From: Methylorubrum extorquens
GTDB lineage: Bacteria > Pseudomonadota > Alphaproteobacteria > Rhizobiales > Beijerinckiaceae
Assembly: GCA_900234795.1 (NCBI GenBank)
Contig: LT962688.1
Coordinates: 1,290,001-1,322,000 of the forward strand
Direction of reading: 5' to 3'
Length of the DNA stretch: 32,000 bases
Of this stretch, positions 1 through 9,064 are shown piece after piece; position 1 is the first letter of the stretch, and every line of letters begins with the position of its first letter. Made by a program: the position numbers and the translations under genes. The notes below the pieces were generated by a model. That model had not been told where the DNA came from. It saw nothing but the letters and a program-made list of their open reading frames with translations, and did no database searches.

Positions 1-1
1 T

Positions 2-157
2 CCTGGCGCGTCGGCGACCTGCCGGGCCCGGTGCCCTATCTCTTGCCGCCGGCTCGGGAACATGCCGGTGATGACCTGGACCGTGCGCACCGAGGCGCAG
101 CGGGCGCTGGCCCGCGAGCACGCGGACCAGATGATCTTCGAGGGTTTTCGCCCGTAA
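2..157 (+). CDS. C-terminal fragment of a glycerophosphodiester phosphodiesterase-like protein (5' end lies outside the window)
   Basis: Open frame from the window edge to TAA at 155-157. The tail ...MPVMTWTVRTEAQRALAREHADQMIFEGFRP resembles the conserved C-terminus of the GDPD family (WTV...AD.i.FEGf.P). High GC3. Confidence 0.45.
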   Translation, partial: PGASATCRARCPISCRRLGNMPVMTWTVRTEAQRALAREHADQMIFEGFRP

Positions 158-189
158 CGGGTTCCCGAAGGCCAAGCCCATCGGCGGGT

Positions 190-206
190 CCAGGGCAGAG
201 CCCTGG
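190..206. terminator. Hairpin between convergent genes (CCAGGGC-aga-GCCCTGG)
   Basis: Perfect 7-bp stem with a 3-nt loop, sitting between the stop of the GDPD-like fragment (157) and the stop of the MCP (223). No clear U-tract. Confidence 0.3.
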
Positions 207-222
207 AAAAGCGGTTCCCGCC

Positions 223-1908
223 TCAGGCCGCGCGAACCGTATCGAGGAACCGGGACACCTCCGCACCGAGATGCTCGGACTGGCGCGACAGCTCGGTCGC
301 GGAGGCCAGCACCTGGGCGGCGGCCGCCCCGGTCTCCTCGGCCGCACCCGCCACGCTCGCGATGGTGCGGGTGACGGATTCCGTGCCGCCCGCGGCCTGG
401 GCGACGTTGCGCACGATCTCCTGGGTCGCCGCGCCCTGCTCCTCGACCGCGGCGGCGATGCCGGTGGCGACGCCGCTGATCTCGCGGATGCGCCCGCTGA
501 TGCTGTCGATGGCCGCGACCGCCTGACCCGTCGCGCCCTGGATGCGCCCGATCTGGCCGGTGATCTCGTCCGTGGCCCGCGCCGTCTGGTTGGCGAGTTC
601 CTTGACCTCCGCGGCGACCACGGCAAAGCCGCGGCCGGCCTCGCCGGCCCGCGCCGCCTCGATCGTGGCGTTGAGCGCGAGCAGGTTGGTCTGGCCGGCG
701 ATGGTCGAGATCATCGCCACCACGTCGCCGATCCGCGCGGCGGCCTCGGAGAGGTCGCGCACGAGGATCGCCGTCTGCCCGGCCTCGGCCACCGCGGCCT
801 GCGCCAGGGAGGCCGAGCCATCGACCTGCCGGCCGATCTCCTGCACCGAGGCGCCGAGCTCCTCGGCCGCGGCGGCGACGGTGCCGACATTGGAGGCGGC
901 CTCCTCGGCGGAGGCGGCCACCGTGCCGGATTGCCCGGCGGTCTGGCTGGCATTGGCGGTCAATTGCTGGGCGGTGGCCTGAAGCTCGGTCGCGGCGGCG
1001 GTCACGCCCGCAATGATGCCGCCCACAGCGCGCTGGAAGTCGTCGGCCAGGGCGCGCGCGGCGGCCCGCCGCTGCGCCTCGGCACCGGCGCGGGCGGCCT
1101 GCGTCTCCTCTTCCAGGGCGCGGGTGCGGAGCAGGTTGTCCTTGAACACCTGCACCGCCGCGGCCATGGCGCCGATCTCGTCGCCGCGTCCCCGCCCCGG
1201 TACGGCAATCGCCGCGTCGCCCGCCGCGAGCGCGCCCATCGCCCCGGTCATCCGCGTGATCGGCCGCGAGATCCCGAACCAGCCGAACAGGGCGGCGGCG
1301 AGCGCCGAGAGCAGGGTCACGGCCATGGCGATCCAGGCGGAGGCGGTGGCGGAGGCCGCGCTGCCGACGGCCCCCTCGGCGCTCTGCTTGGCACCCCGCT
1401 TGTTGAGGACGAGATTTTCCTGAAGCGCCTTGGTCGCGGATTGCGCGAGGCCCAGAGCCTCGGGCCCGGTGAGCAGGGCCAGCGCCTCGGCCCGCCGCCC
1501 CTCCCGCATCAGGGCGACGATCGCCTCGACCCGACCCGTATAGGTCGTCCAGGTCGAGGCGAAGCGCTCGTACAGGGCCCGCTCCTCGGGCGAGGCGATC
1601 AGCGGCTCGTAGGCGCGCCGCAGGGCTTCGAGGGCCGCCTGACTCGCCCGCACGCTCTTCTCGTTCTCGGCGAGCAGCTGGTCCGTCGGCGAGGCGGCGA
1701 CGTAACGGTAGGTCTTCACCCGCTCGTCCCGCGTCGCGGTGCTAATGTCGCCGAGCAATCCCACCGAGGGCAGCCAATTGTCGGCGATGTCGCGGACTTC
1801 GTGATCGATGTTCGAGAGCTTGATGACGCTCATCCCGCCTTGGGCCGCAGCAACCACGGCCAGAAGGCTGAACGAGCCCGCCAGGGCAGCCTTGAGGGAA
1901 ACGCGCAT
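223..1908 (-). CDS. Methyl-accepting chemotaxis protein
   Basis: N-terminal TM/signal segment ([22 protein letters not shown]) and a periplasmic 4-helix-bundle-like sensor. A second TM and HAMP domain follow ([19 protein letters not shown]). The signalling domain is highly conserved ([36 protein letters not shown]). The ATG at 1908 is preferred over the ORF-track start at 1998 because it directly precedes the TM segment. Confidence 0.9.
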   Translation of the reverse strand: MRVSLKAALAGSFSLLAVVAAAQGGMSVIKLSNIDHEVRDIADNWLPSVGLLGDISTATRDERVKTYRYVAASPTDQLLAENEKSVRASQAALEALRRAYEPLIASPEERALYERFASTWTTYTGRVEAIVALMREGRRAEALALLTGPEALGLAQSATKALQENLVLNKRGAKQSAEGAVGSAASATASAWIAMAVTLLSALAAALFGWFGISRPITRMTGAMGALAAGDAAIAVPGRGRGDEIGAMAAAVQVFKDNLLRTRALEEETQAARAGAEAQRRAAARALADDFQRAVGGIIAGVTAAATELQATAQQLTANASQTAGQSGTVAASAEEAASNVGTVAAAAEELGASVQEIGRQVDGSASLAQAAVAEAGQTAILVRDLSEAAARIGDVVAMISTIAGQTNLLALNATIEAARAGEAGRGFAVVAAEVKELANQTARATDEITGQIGRIQGATGQAVAAIDSISGRIREISGVATGIAAAVEEQGAATQEIVRNVAQAAGGTESVTRTIASVAGAAEETGAAAAQVLASATELSRQSEHLGAEVSRFLDTVRAA

Positions 1909-2113
1909 TATGGATCCGGGGGTGTGGTTGGCCTCTTGAGATGCCCCACCCTGCAACGCAATACTTAAGGTTCTCTCGATTTCTGCAAGAAAGTGCATGC
2001 GGCAGCCGGCGCCACCGGCTCGGATAGGCTGGCCGCCGTATCACGACGGCATGTCACCCGCGCCGATGGATGGCTTTCGGCGCCGGCTCCGCTCCGCCGG
2101 CGGCCCAACCCCT

Positions 2114-3277
2114 CTACCGGCTGCCCTCCGGCCGCTCCGACGAGCTCTCCTTCTCCGTCGTCGCCTCGGGCTGTCTCACGAATTCGGCGAGGTAGCCCTT
2201 CCACAGGCCCGCGAAGCGCAGGGATTGATGGCCGTGCGTCTCGGGCGAGGTCGGGACCAGCACGAAGCGGCCGTCCTTCACCCGCGCCAGCGCTGCGTTC
2301 ATCACGTCGAGCTGGGGCGGGTTCAGCTCGTCGTCGGCGAAGTTCACCGCGAGCACCTTCGCGGTGATCTTTTCGAGGTCCGGCGAGGGGTCGTAATCGT
2401 AGGAGGAATCGAACCAGTACAGCCAGTCGTTGGCGTCGGCCTTGTTCTCGTAGCCGGCGATCATCTTGTCGTAGGCGGTGTCGGCCGCCGCGCGGGTCGG
2501 GGCCTGCTTTTGAAGGCCGAGCACGCTCTCGGTCATGATGTTGAAGATCGGCAGGATGCGGCCGAAGCTGCGCGGCTGCGCGGTGTACTCGCCGCCCTTC
2601 CAGTCGGGATCGGTGCGGATGCCCTCGATCAGGAGGCGCCGCCACAGGGCGTTGCGCCCGCTCACCGGGATCGGCTGGCTCGCCACCGCCATCAGCAGGT
2701 CCATCTCGCCGGGATAGCGCTCGCCCCACATCCAGGCCTGCATCCCGCCCATGGAGGTGCCGAGCACGAGGCGCAGATGCTTAACGCCGAGCGCCTCGGT
2801 GACGACCCGGTGCTGGCCCTCCACGACGTCGCCGTAGCCGTAGCGGGGGAAATGCGCCTTGAGGCCGTCGGAGGGTTTCGAGGAGCCGCCGCGGCCGAGC
2901 CCGTCAGGCAGGATCACGTACCAGCGCCGCGCGTCGAGCGGCGCGCCCTCACCGAACAGCTCCGGCCCGAGCGTCGGGATCAGGAAGCTCTTGCCCGTGC
3001 CGGTGGTGCCGTGCAGGACGAGCACCGCGTTGTCGATCTCGCCATCGGCGCCGCGATGCGGCGTGCCGAGGGTGGTGTAGTGCAGCTTGACCCGATCCAG
3101 GCTCTCGCCGCTCGCGAATTTGAAGTTCTCGACGACGTGGTCGCCCTCCTGCTGGCCGGGATAGGCGGCGGCCGGCGCGGCAATGGCCGCGATCGGAGCA
3201 AGGCCGGCGGCAAGCGGGGTCAGCGCCAAGGCCGAAACCAGTAGAGCGGTCCGAAGCGAGCGTATCCGAGCACCCAT
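2114..3277 (-). CDS. Exported alpha/beta-hydrolase fold protein (MetX/homoserine acetyltransferase-like fold)
   Basis: Signal peptide [38 protein letters not shown] and nucleophile elbow GTSMGG. The ATG at 3277-3275 overlaps the glpK TGA by 1 nt (TGATG). The longer ORF-track version (to 3841) runs into glpK and was rejected. Confidence 0.8.
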   Translation of the reverse strand: MGARIRSLRTALLVSALALTPLAAGLAPIAAIAAPAAAYPGQQEGDHVVENFKFASGESLDRVKLHYTTLGTPHRGADGEIDNAVLVLHGTTGTGKSFLIPTLGPELFGEGAPLDARRWYVILPDGLGRGGSSKPSDGLKAHFPRYGYGDVVEGQHRVVTEALGVKHLRLVLGTSMGGMQAWMWGERYPGEMDLLMAVASQPIPVSGRNALWRRLLIEGIRTDPDWKGGEYTAQPRSFGRILPIFNIMTESVLGLQKQAPTRAAADTAYDKMIAGYENKADANDWLYWFDSSYDYDPSPDLEKITAKVLAVNFADDELNPPQLDVMNAALARVKDGRFVLVPTSPETHGHQSLRFAGLWKGYLAEFVRQPEATTEKESSSERPEGSR

Positions 3278-4782
3278 CAAGCGTTCTCCTCGACCCATCC
3301 GAACGAGCGTTCTACGGCGCGGCTCCAACCGGCGAACAGTGCCCGACGTTCTTCTGCCTGGATATGCGGATGCCAGCGCTTGTCCACGGCCCAGTTGTCG
3401 CGAAGATCTTCGAGTGTCTTCCAAAACCCTGTGGCGAGGCCAGCGGCGTAGGCCGCGCCCAGGGCCGTCGTCTCCGAAACCTTCGGGCGCAGGGTCGGCC
3501 GGTCGAGGATGTCGGCCTGGAACTGCATCAGCAAGTCGTTGACGGTCATGCCGCCGTCGCAGCGCAACTCGGCGATCGGACAACCGGAATCGCGCTCCAT
3601 CGCCTCCAGAACTTCGCGGGTCTGGTAGGCGGTGGCCTCCAGGCAGGCGCGGGCGATGTGGCCGCGATTGGCGTAGCGGGTCAGGCCGATGATGAGGCCG
3701 CGGGCGTCGTCGCGCCAATGCGGCGCGTAGAGGCCGGAAAACGCCGGCACCACGTAGACGCCGCCATTGTCCTCGACGCTGCGGGCCAGCCCCTCGATCT
3801 CGCTCGACGCAGCGATCAGTCCGAGATTGTCGCGCAGCCACTGCACCAGGGCGCCGGTGATGGCGATGGAGCCCTCCAGCGCGTAGGCCGGCGGGCGCCC
3901 GTCGAGCCGGTAGGCCACGGTGGTGATGAGCCCGGCGCTCGACGCGACAGGCGCGGGGCCGGTGTTCATCAGCGCGAAGCAGCCGGTGCCGTAGGTGTTC
4001 TTGGCCTCGCCCGCCGAAAAGCAGGTCTGCCCGAACAGCGCCGCCTGCTGATCGCCCAGAATGCCGCCGAGCGGCACGCCGGGAAACGGGTCACGGGCCT
4101 CGCCCAGCACGGCGCTGGAGGAGACGATCGTCGGCAGCACCGCCCGCGGGATGCGGAACACGCCGAGCATCGCCTCGTCCCAATCGAGGGTCGCGAGCGA
4201 CATGAGCTGCGTGCGGCTGGCATTGGTCACGTCGGTGACGTGAAGCCCGCCATCCGGGCCACCGGTGAGATTCCAGACGAGCCAGGAATCGATCGTCCCG
4301 AACAGGGCGGTGCCATCCTCGGCCTTCGCCCGCGCGCCCTCCACGTGGTCGAGCAGCCAAGCGAGCTTGGAGGCGGAGAAGTAGCTCGCGAGCGGCAGGC
4401 CGGTGACGGCGCGGAAGCGGTCGCGTCCGCCGTCGCGGGCGAGCGCGGCGACGGACCGGTCGGTGCGGGTGTCCTGCCAGACGATGGCATCGTGCAGCGG
4501 CTCGCCGGTCCGCCGGTCCCAGAGCACGGCGGTCTCGCGCTGGTTGGTGATGCCGATCGCGGCCAGATCCCCCGGCGCCAGCCCGGCGCGCGCCAGCCCC
4601 TCGCGCATCACCGCATGGGTGTTGCGCCAGATCTCCCGCGGGTCGTGCTCGACCCAGCCGGGACGGGGAAAGATCTGCTCGTGCTCGCGCTGGGCCTGCG
4701 CCAGGATCGTGCCCCGGCGGTCGAACACGATGAAGCGCGTGCTCGTGGTGCCCTGGTCGATCGCCCCGACCGCATCCGGCAT
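3277..4782 (-). CDS. glpK: Glycerol kinase
   Basis: FGGY-family N-terminus [16 protein letters not shown] and [11 protein letters not shown], with a full-length glycerol-kinase pattern across about 500 aa. SD GGGAGGGA lies upstream of the ATG at 4782. Confidence 0.95.
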   Translation of the reverse strand: MPDAVGAIDQGTTSTRFIVFDRRGTILAQAQREHEQIFPRPGWVEHDPREIWRNTHAVMREGLARAGLAPGDLAAIGITNQRETAVLWDRRTGEPLHDAIVWQDTRTDRSVAALARDGGRDRFRAVTGLPLASYFSASKLAWLLDHVEGARAKAEDGTALFGTIDSWLVWNLTGGPDGGLHVTDVTNASRTQLMSLATLDWDEAMLGVFRIPRAVLPTIVSSSAVLGEARDPFPGVPLGGILGDQQAALFGQTCFSAGEAKNTYGTGCFALMNTGPAPVASSAGLITTVAYRLDGRPPAYALEGSIAITGALVQWLRDNLGLIAASSEIEGLARSVEDNGGVYVVPAFSGLYAPHWRDDARGLIIGLTRYANRGHIARACLEATAYQTREVLEAMERDSGCPIAELRCDGGMTVNDLLMQFQADILDRPTLRPKVSETTALGAAYAAGLATGFWKTLEDLRDNWAVDKRWHPHIQAEERRALFAGWSRAVERSFGWVEENA

Positions 4783-4869
4783 GGCGTCCCTCCCGGCGTG
4801 TCTCGCCTCCGGGATTCTTTCGCCCGGCTCACGCCCGATCCTACACGAGGCCGGGCGCGCCGAAACCGG

Positions 4870-5409
4870 TCAGCCCGCTCGGTCCCCTTGCGCCTGTTCC
4901 AACTGGGCCGGTGTGTTCTGCGCCCCCATCTGCCGGGCCATGTCGGCGGCGCTCATCCCCGAAGCGTCGCGCCTGGACGGGTCTGCTCCTTGGGCGAGCA
5001 GCTGATCGACGATCTCGGTGCGGTCGAACATCGCCGCCACCATCAGCGCGGTGCGGGTGCCGTCGCCGGCCCCGTCGACCTGCGCGCCGTGCTCCAGCAG
5101 CAGCCGGACGATGTCCGCATCGCCCTTGAACGCGGCGCCGGCGAGCGGGGTCTGGCCGCGGTCGTTGGCGAGTTCGGGATCACCCCCGGCCTCCAGAATC
5201 ACCCGGGCCGTCGCCGCCTGGCCGTTATAGGCGGCGAGCATCAGCAGGCTGTCGCCCTTGTCGTTGCGCAGGTTCGCCGGCAGCCCCTGGCCGAACAGCT
5301 CGGCCAGTTCCTCCGCATGGCCCATCCGGGCGTACTGGAAGAGGCGCGCCGCGAAGGCGAGGGTCTCGTCGTCGAGGGCGGGGGGCGCAGCGTTCGGATC
5401 GGCCTGCAT
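4870..5409 (-). CDS. Ankyrin-repeat protein
   Basis: At least three tandem ANK repeats (GDSLLMLAAYNGQAATARVILEAGGDP / GQTPLAGAAFKGDADIVRLLLEHGAQVD / TALMVAAMFDRTEIVDQLLAQGADP). Start at 5409 was chosen because codons between 5454 and 5409 are AT-ending and atypical. An ATG at 5454 remains possible. Confidence 0.8.
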   Translation of the reverse strand: MQADPNAAPPALDDETLAFAARLFQYARMGHAEELAELFGQGLPANLRNDKGDSLLMLAAYNGQAATARVILEAGGDPELANDRGQTPLAGAAFKGDADIVRLLLEHGAQVDGAGDGTRTALMVAAMFDRTEIVDQLLAQGADPSRRDASGMSAADMARQMGAQNTPAQLEQAQGDRAG

Positions 5410-5480
5410 CGGAATCTTTTTTGGAAGCTTCGGGACGGGATTGGTCCCGTGCATGTGGCGTTTGCGGGGGCTTCGTCCAG

Positions 5481-7007
5481 TCAGGCGGCCTCGCGACCAG
5501 CCGGACGGGATCGGGCCGCGGCGCGCACGGCCATCGCCTCCTCCCGCTCTTGCCCCCTGCCCCAGAACGCCGCGACCGTCGGGCCCGTCCGTGTCAGCGG
5601 ATCGCGCAGCCAAGCCAGGATCTCGTGGGGCCAGACTCGCCGGCCCATCCGCGTGTACCAGCGCATGGCGTGGCGCAGGCGAGGATCGCGGTTCAGGTAG
5701 ATGCGCGCCAGCGCCTTCGGGCGGGCCTGAAGGATCACCTCGATCAGCTTGAACCAGAGCAGCACCCGCCAGGGCGGCATGTGGCGGGTGGCGAGCACCT
5801 GATGCTTGTAGTCCCACCGCCGCCGGTCGAGCTGGATCACTCGGCGCTCCTCGGCAAGCCGGAAATAGGGCGTCCAGCGATGCGGCGTGACGTAGAGCAT
5901 CTGGATCTGGTCGGGGTCGTAGGCGAGGAGCTGCCGCAGGCCGCGCCAGTAGTCGCGGTCGCGCTCCTCCTCGAAGCCTACCACCCAGGTCGCCATAGAG
6001 AGGATGCCGTTCGCCCGCAGGAGGCGGATCGCCTCGCGGTCGGTCGTCGTGGTGGCGCCCTTGCGGATCAGGTCGAGGGTGGCCGTATCGGTGCTCTCGA
6101 GACCGAGCAGGAGGCGCTCCCACCCCGCCCGCTTGTAGAGCGGCAGGAGGTCGGCATCGCGCACGATGTCGTCCGCCCGCGTCGAGCCGACCAGGATGAG
6201 ATCGACGTTCTCCGCAATCAGCGCTTCCAGGAAGGTGCGCCAGACCTTCTTCGAGACGGTCGGATTCTCGTCGGCGAAGTTGATCACCCGCACGCCGTGC
6301 TCGCGGTGAAGCCGGGCGAGTTCGGCGGCGAAGCGGACGGGATCGCGGTGGCGCCAGCGGGTCCAGAAGCCGCGCTGGCCGCAATAGGTGCAGGGATGCG
6401 GGCAGCCGCGGGAGAACTGGACGACGACCGCACGCAGGCCGCCCCAGTAGCTGTAACGGGCATGGTCGATCAGCTCCCAGCCGATCCGGTAGGCGTCGAG
6501 ATCGCGGATCAGCGGGGCCGGCGCCGTCTCACGGATCGCGTCGCCGTCCCGGTAGGCGAGGCCGGGCACGGTGCCGAGCGACCGGCCCGCCGCGAGCGCC
6601 GCCATGAGCCGCCGGGTGGTCTCCTCACCCTCCCCGCGCACGATCGCGGCGACGTGGGGCTCGGCCTCGAGAATCTCGCGCCCGTGATAGGTTGGGAAGA
6701 CGCCACCGTAGACGATCGTCACGCCCGGCATCGCCGCGGCCACCCTCGACGACACCTCCGCGATGACCGGGTGCCCCGAGGTCGAGCCGGAATGACCGAA
6801 CAGGACCGCCTCGGGTGCCTGCGCCACGATTTCCTGGACGAGGTCCGGCAGCGGCACGGGTCCGAACTCGGCGTCGATAAGCGAGACGGCATGCCCGTCG
6901 TCGATCAACGGGCCGCCGATGGCGAGAAGACCCAGCGGAGGCAGATGGTCGTCGGGGATCCGGCTGCCGATCGCCGGATGGGGCACGTTGACGAGCAAGA
7001 TCTTCAT
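5481..7007 (-). CDS. B12-binding-domain radical SAM protein, BchE-like
   Basis: N-terminal Rossmann-like B12-binding region (MKILLVNVPHP...LFGHSGST...IVYGG). Radical SAM cluster motif FSRGCPHPCTYCGQRGFWTRWRHRDP (CxxxCxxC). The C-terminal region resembles the BchE/P-methylase family. Residues upstream of 7007 in the ORF track are Arg/Pro-rich read-through. Confidence 0.85.
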   Translation of the reverse strand: MKILLVNVPHPAIGSRIPDDHLPPLGLLAIGGPLIDDGHAVSLIDAEFGPVPLPDLVQEIVAQAPEAVLFGHSGSTSGHPVIAEVSSRVAAAMPGVTIVYGGVFPTYHGREILEAEPHVAAIVRGEGEETTRRLMAALAAGRSLGTVPGLAYRDGDAIRETAPAPLIRDLDAYRIGWELIDHARYSYWGGLRAVVVQFSRGCPHPCTYCGQRGFWTRWRHRDPVRFAAELARLHREHGVRVINFADENPTVSKKVWRTFLEALIAENVDLILVGSTRADDIVRDADLLPLYKRAGWERLLLGLESTDTATLDLIRKGATTTTDREAIRLLRANGILSMATWVVGFEEERDRDYWRGLRQLLAYDPDQIQMLYVTPHRWTPYFRLAEERRVIQLDRRRWDYKHQVLATRHMPPWRVLLWFKLIEVILQARPKALARIYLNRDPRLRHAMRWYTRMGRRVWPHEILAWLRDPLTRTGPTVAAFWGRGQEREEAMAVRAAARSRPAGREAA

Positions 7008-7096
7008 CGTGTGCACCGGACATGAGCGTGGGTTCGCAGAACCGGACGAATCCTGCGTCGAGACCGCCCGGGCGGCCGAGCCGAGGTTGGGGCGTG

Positions 7097-7807
7097 TCAG
7101 GCGGCTTGCGGCACCGCGGGCGGGTTCAACCCGCCGAACCGCCGGTCGCGGGCGGTGAAATCGGCGACGGCCGCGGCGAGGTCGGTGGCGCCGAAATCGG
7201 GCCACATCCGGTCGGTGAAGTGCAGCTCCGCGTAGGCCGCCTCCCAGAGGAGGAAGTCGGAGAGCCGCTTCTCGCCCCCCGTCCGGATCAGGAGATCGAC
7301 ATCCCCGTCCGCCCCCAGGGCCTCGCTCAGGCCCTCGCGGCTGAGCCCCTCCGGCCCGAGCCGGGCGGCGGCGGCGAGGATCGCGTCGCGCGAGGAGTAA
7401 TCGACGGCGATGCGCAGGTGCAGCCGGTCGCCCGACGCGGTCGCGGCCTCGGCCCGCTCGATTGCCTCCGGGATGCCGGGCGGCAGGCGGTCGCGGCGGC
7501 CGATCACCGTGAGGCGGGTGCCGCTGCGGGCGAGCCGATCGGTCTCGCCGCGCAGATAGGCGCGCAACAGGCGCATCAGCCCGCCGACCTCCTCGGCCGG
7601 GCGGCGCCAGTTGTCGCTGGAGAAGGCGTAGAGCGTCAGCGTGCCGATGCCGAGAGCGGGGGCGGCCTCCGCCACCCGCTGGATTGTCTTGACGCCCGCC
7701 CGGTGGCCCGCGCCCCGCGGCAGGCCGCGGGCGCTCGCCCAGCGGCCGTTGCCGTCCATGATGATCGCGGCGTGGAGGCCTGATCTGCGATCGAGAGGGC
7801 TTTGCAT
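7097..7807 (-). CDS. uppS: Isoprenyl transferase (di-trans,poly-cis-prenyl diphosphate synthase, UppS family)
   Basis: Catalytic motifs [37 protein letters not shown] and [21 protein letters not shown] sits 8 nt upstream of the ATG at 7807. None of the usual frr/cdsA neighbours are in the window, so it may be a paralog. Confidence 0.85.
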   Translation of the reverse strand: MQSPLDRRSGLHAAIIMDGNGRWASARGLPRGAGHRAGVKTIQRVAEAAPALGIGTLTLYAFSSDNWRRPAEEVGGLMRLLRAYLRGETDRLARSGTRLTVIGRRDRLPPGIPEAIERAEAATASGDRLHLRIAVDYSSRDAILAAAARLGPEGLSREGLSEALGADGDVDLLIRTGGEKRLSDFLLWEAAYAELHFTDRMWPDFGATDLAAAVADFTARDRRFGGLNPPAVPQAA

Positions 7808-7878
7808 CGTAAAGTCTCCGGGCGAGGTGCGGGACAGGCGGGGGATGCGGCGTTCGGTGGGATGTCGGAGTGCGGTCG

Positions 7879-8322
7879 TCAGACCGGTTTGGCGAGGCCG
7901 GAACGGTCGTGGCCGGCGGGCCTGTCGTCGGCGGCCTGGGACCGGCCGGCAGCGTTCTGCGGCCTGCCGGCGGCGTTCTGAGGCCTGCCGGCGGCTTGTG
8001 CGGCGTCGCGCACCACCTGCTCCAGCACCCCAAGATAATCGAGGAAGCGGGTGCGCCCGGAGGGCGTCAGGCGGCAGAGGGTCTGCGGCCGGTTCTGGTC
8101 GTAGCCCTTCTCCAGGCTGACGAGGTCGGCCTCCTGCAGCACGGCGAGGTGGCGGCTGAGATTGCCGTCGGTGAGCCCGCACAGGCGCTTGAGGTCGGGG
8201 AAGGCGAGGCCGCGGGGATGCGAGACCAGGGAGGTCAGCACCGAGAGCCGCGCCCGCTCGTGGATGATCCGGTCGAGCCCCTCGTAGGAGAAGCGGGCGT
8301 CGCTGCGATCAGAGGTCGGCAT
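7879..8322 (-). CDS. Winged-helix transcriptional regulator (HTH_34/ArsR-like) with a repeat-containing C-terminal tail
   Basis: Conserved core [22 protein letters not shown]...[34 protein letters not shown]. The ATG at 8322 has SD GGAGA 6 nt upstream. The GTG at 8373 in the ORF track lies inside a repeat and was judged less likely. Confidence 0.75.
   Translation of the reverse strand: MPTSDRSDARFSYEGLDRIIHERARLSVLTSLVSHPRGLAFPDLKRLCGLTDGNLSRHLAVLQEADLVSLEKGYDQNRPQTLCRLTPSGRTRFLDYLGVLEQVVRDAAQAAGRPQNAAGRPQNAAGRSQAADDRPAGHDRSGLAKPV
7940..8002. repeat. Three tandem 21-nt units inside the regulator 3' end
   Basis: Units at 7940-7960, 7961-7981 and 7982-8002 (ggcctgccggcggcgttctga-like). They encode [21 protein letters not shown] on the minus strand. 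Confidence 0.75.
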
Positions 8323-8986
8323 CGGCGTCTCCGTCGGCAGATCCGTCAGTCGATCCGTCACTCGATCCGTCACCTGGGCCCGAATGGCGGTGGATGATGA
8401 TGGCGACGAGCCCCTGCCCCACTGCGAAGGGCACGCCCATCAGCCAGGGCGAGAGGTGGCGCGTCTCGCTGGCAAGCGCCAGCACCGTGAGTCCGGCGAG
8501 CAGGTACCACGCGCCCGCGAGCGGCACGGAGCGGGGCAGGATGCGGGCAGAGGCGAACAGGCCGAGCCCGACCAGAACCTGCCACAGGCCCGGCAGCATC
8601 CAGAGCTGGTCCGGCGCGAAGCGGGCGAAGACGAGCCCCAGACAGAGGCCCGCCCCGCCCGCGGGCAAAAAACCTTCGATGGCGTTGAACACCATCGCGT
8701 CGGCCAGCCCCGAATGGACCCGGCGCGAGCGGCGCACCGCCTCGAACCCGATCAGGAGGCAGGCGGTGACGGCGGCGGCGACCCACAGGCCGAAGAAGAC
8801 GACCGGCCGCGCGGTCGGCTCGTCGAGCAGCAGGGCCTGGGCCCCCGCGACGACGAGGGCCAGAGCGCCGGTGGCCGCGAGCGTGGCAGAGCCGAGCCCG
8901 CGGAACGCCGTGTCCCGCGCGATCTGCATCCGGATCGCGACGATGTCGGCCAGGGCCCTGTCGAGGTCGCCGTGGGTCTCACGCAT
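8309..8986 (-). CDS. Multi-pass membrane protein of unknown function with an acidic repeat tail
   Basis: About 5 predicted hydrophobic helices (e.g. GALALVVAGAQALLL, VVFFGLWVAAAVTACLLIGF, LWMLPGLWQVLVGLGLFA). High GC3. Overlaps the downstream regulator by 14 nt. The start is uncertain; alternatives are ATG 9022 and GTG 9034. Confidence 0.65.
   Translation of the reverse strand: MRETHGDLDRALADIVAIRMQIARDTAFRGLGSATLAATGALALVVAGAQALLLDEPTARPVVFFGLWVAAAVTACLLIGFEAVRRSRRVHSGLADAMVFNAIEGFLPAGGAGLCLGLVFARFAPDQLWMLPGLWQVLVGLGLFASARILPRSVPLAGAWYLLAGLTVLALASETRHLSPWLMGVPFAVGQGLVAIIIHRHSGPGDGSSDGSTDGSADGDADADL
8327..8374. repeat. Four tandem 12-nt units across the gene overlap
   Basis: Units gtctccgtcggc / agatccgtcagt / cgatccgtcact / cgatccgtcacc. 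They are read as (DGSx)n in the membrane-protein frame and as TDRVTDRLTD in the other frame. Confidence 0.8.
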
Positions 8987-9011
8987 GGGGTTCAGCTTCC
9001 CGCGTCGAAGC

Positions 9012-9032
9012 GTGCTTTGCATTGCAAAGTAC
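9012..9032. promoter_or_regulatory. Operator-like palindrome upstream of the membrane-protein/wHTH operon
   Basis: Perfect CTTTGCA-T-TGCAAAG (9015-9029) with flanking partial symmetry, 29-43 nt upstream of the ATG at 8986. Confidence 0.4.
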
Positions 9033-9064
9033 ACGCGGGTGCAGAGCCGTCAAGCGGAGAAGCG

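Noticed and set aside
3364-5700. 778-aa plus-strand ORF; the same applies to 31..1968, 5421..7025, 25604..27868, 19159..20799 and 8384..9721
   Set aside because: All of these are antisense to genes with strong family signatures (glpK, MCP, rSAM, der/TauE, serine hydrolase, membrane/VOC genes). Their translations have no recognisable motifs.
5481-7007. Calling the radical SAM gene bchE (anaerobic Mg-protoporphyrin monomethyl ester cyclase) or hpnP/hpnR
   Set aside because: I can see only family-level resemblance, and there are no bch/puf or hpn neighbours in the window. Assigning a specific function or symbol would be over-interpretation.
5481-8033. 850-aa version of the radical SAM ORF; similar long versions are 2114..3841, 4870..6384, 11024..11923, 23180..24220 and 23891..25444
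   Set aside because: The N-terminal parts are Arg/Pro/Gly-rich read-through across upstream genes or intergenic DNA. Internal ATG/GTG starts with SD sequences and family-typical N-termini give the real genes.
7919-8374. Short tandem repeats considered as a possible CRISPR or VNTR array
   Set aside because: The units are 12 and 21 nt, contiguous with no spacers, and lie inside coding sequence. They are coding tandem repeats, not CRISPR.
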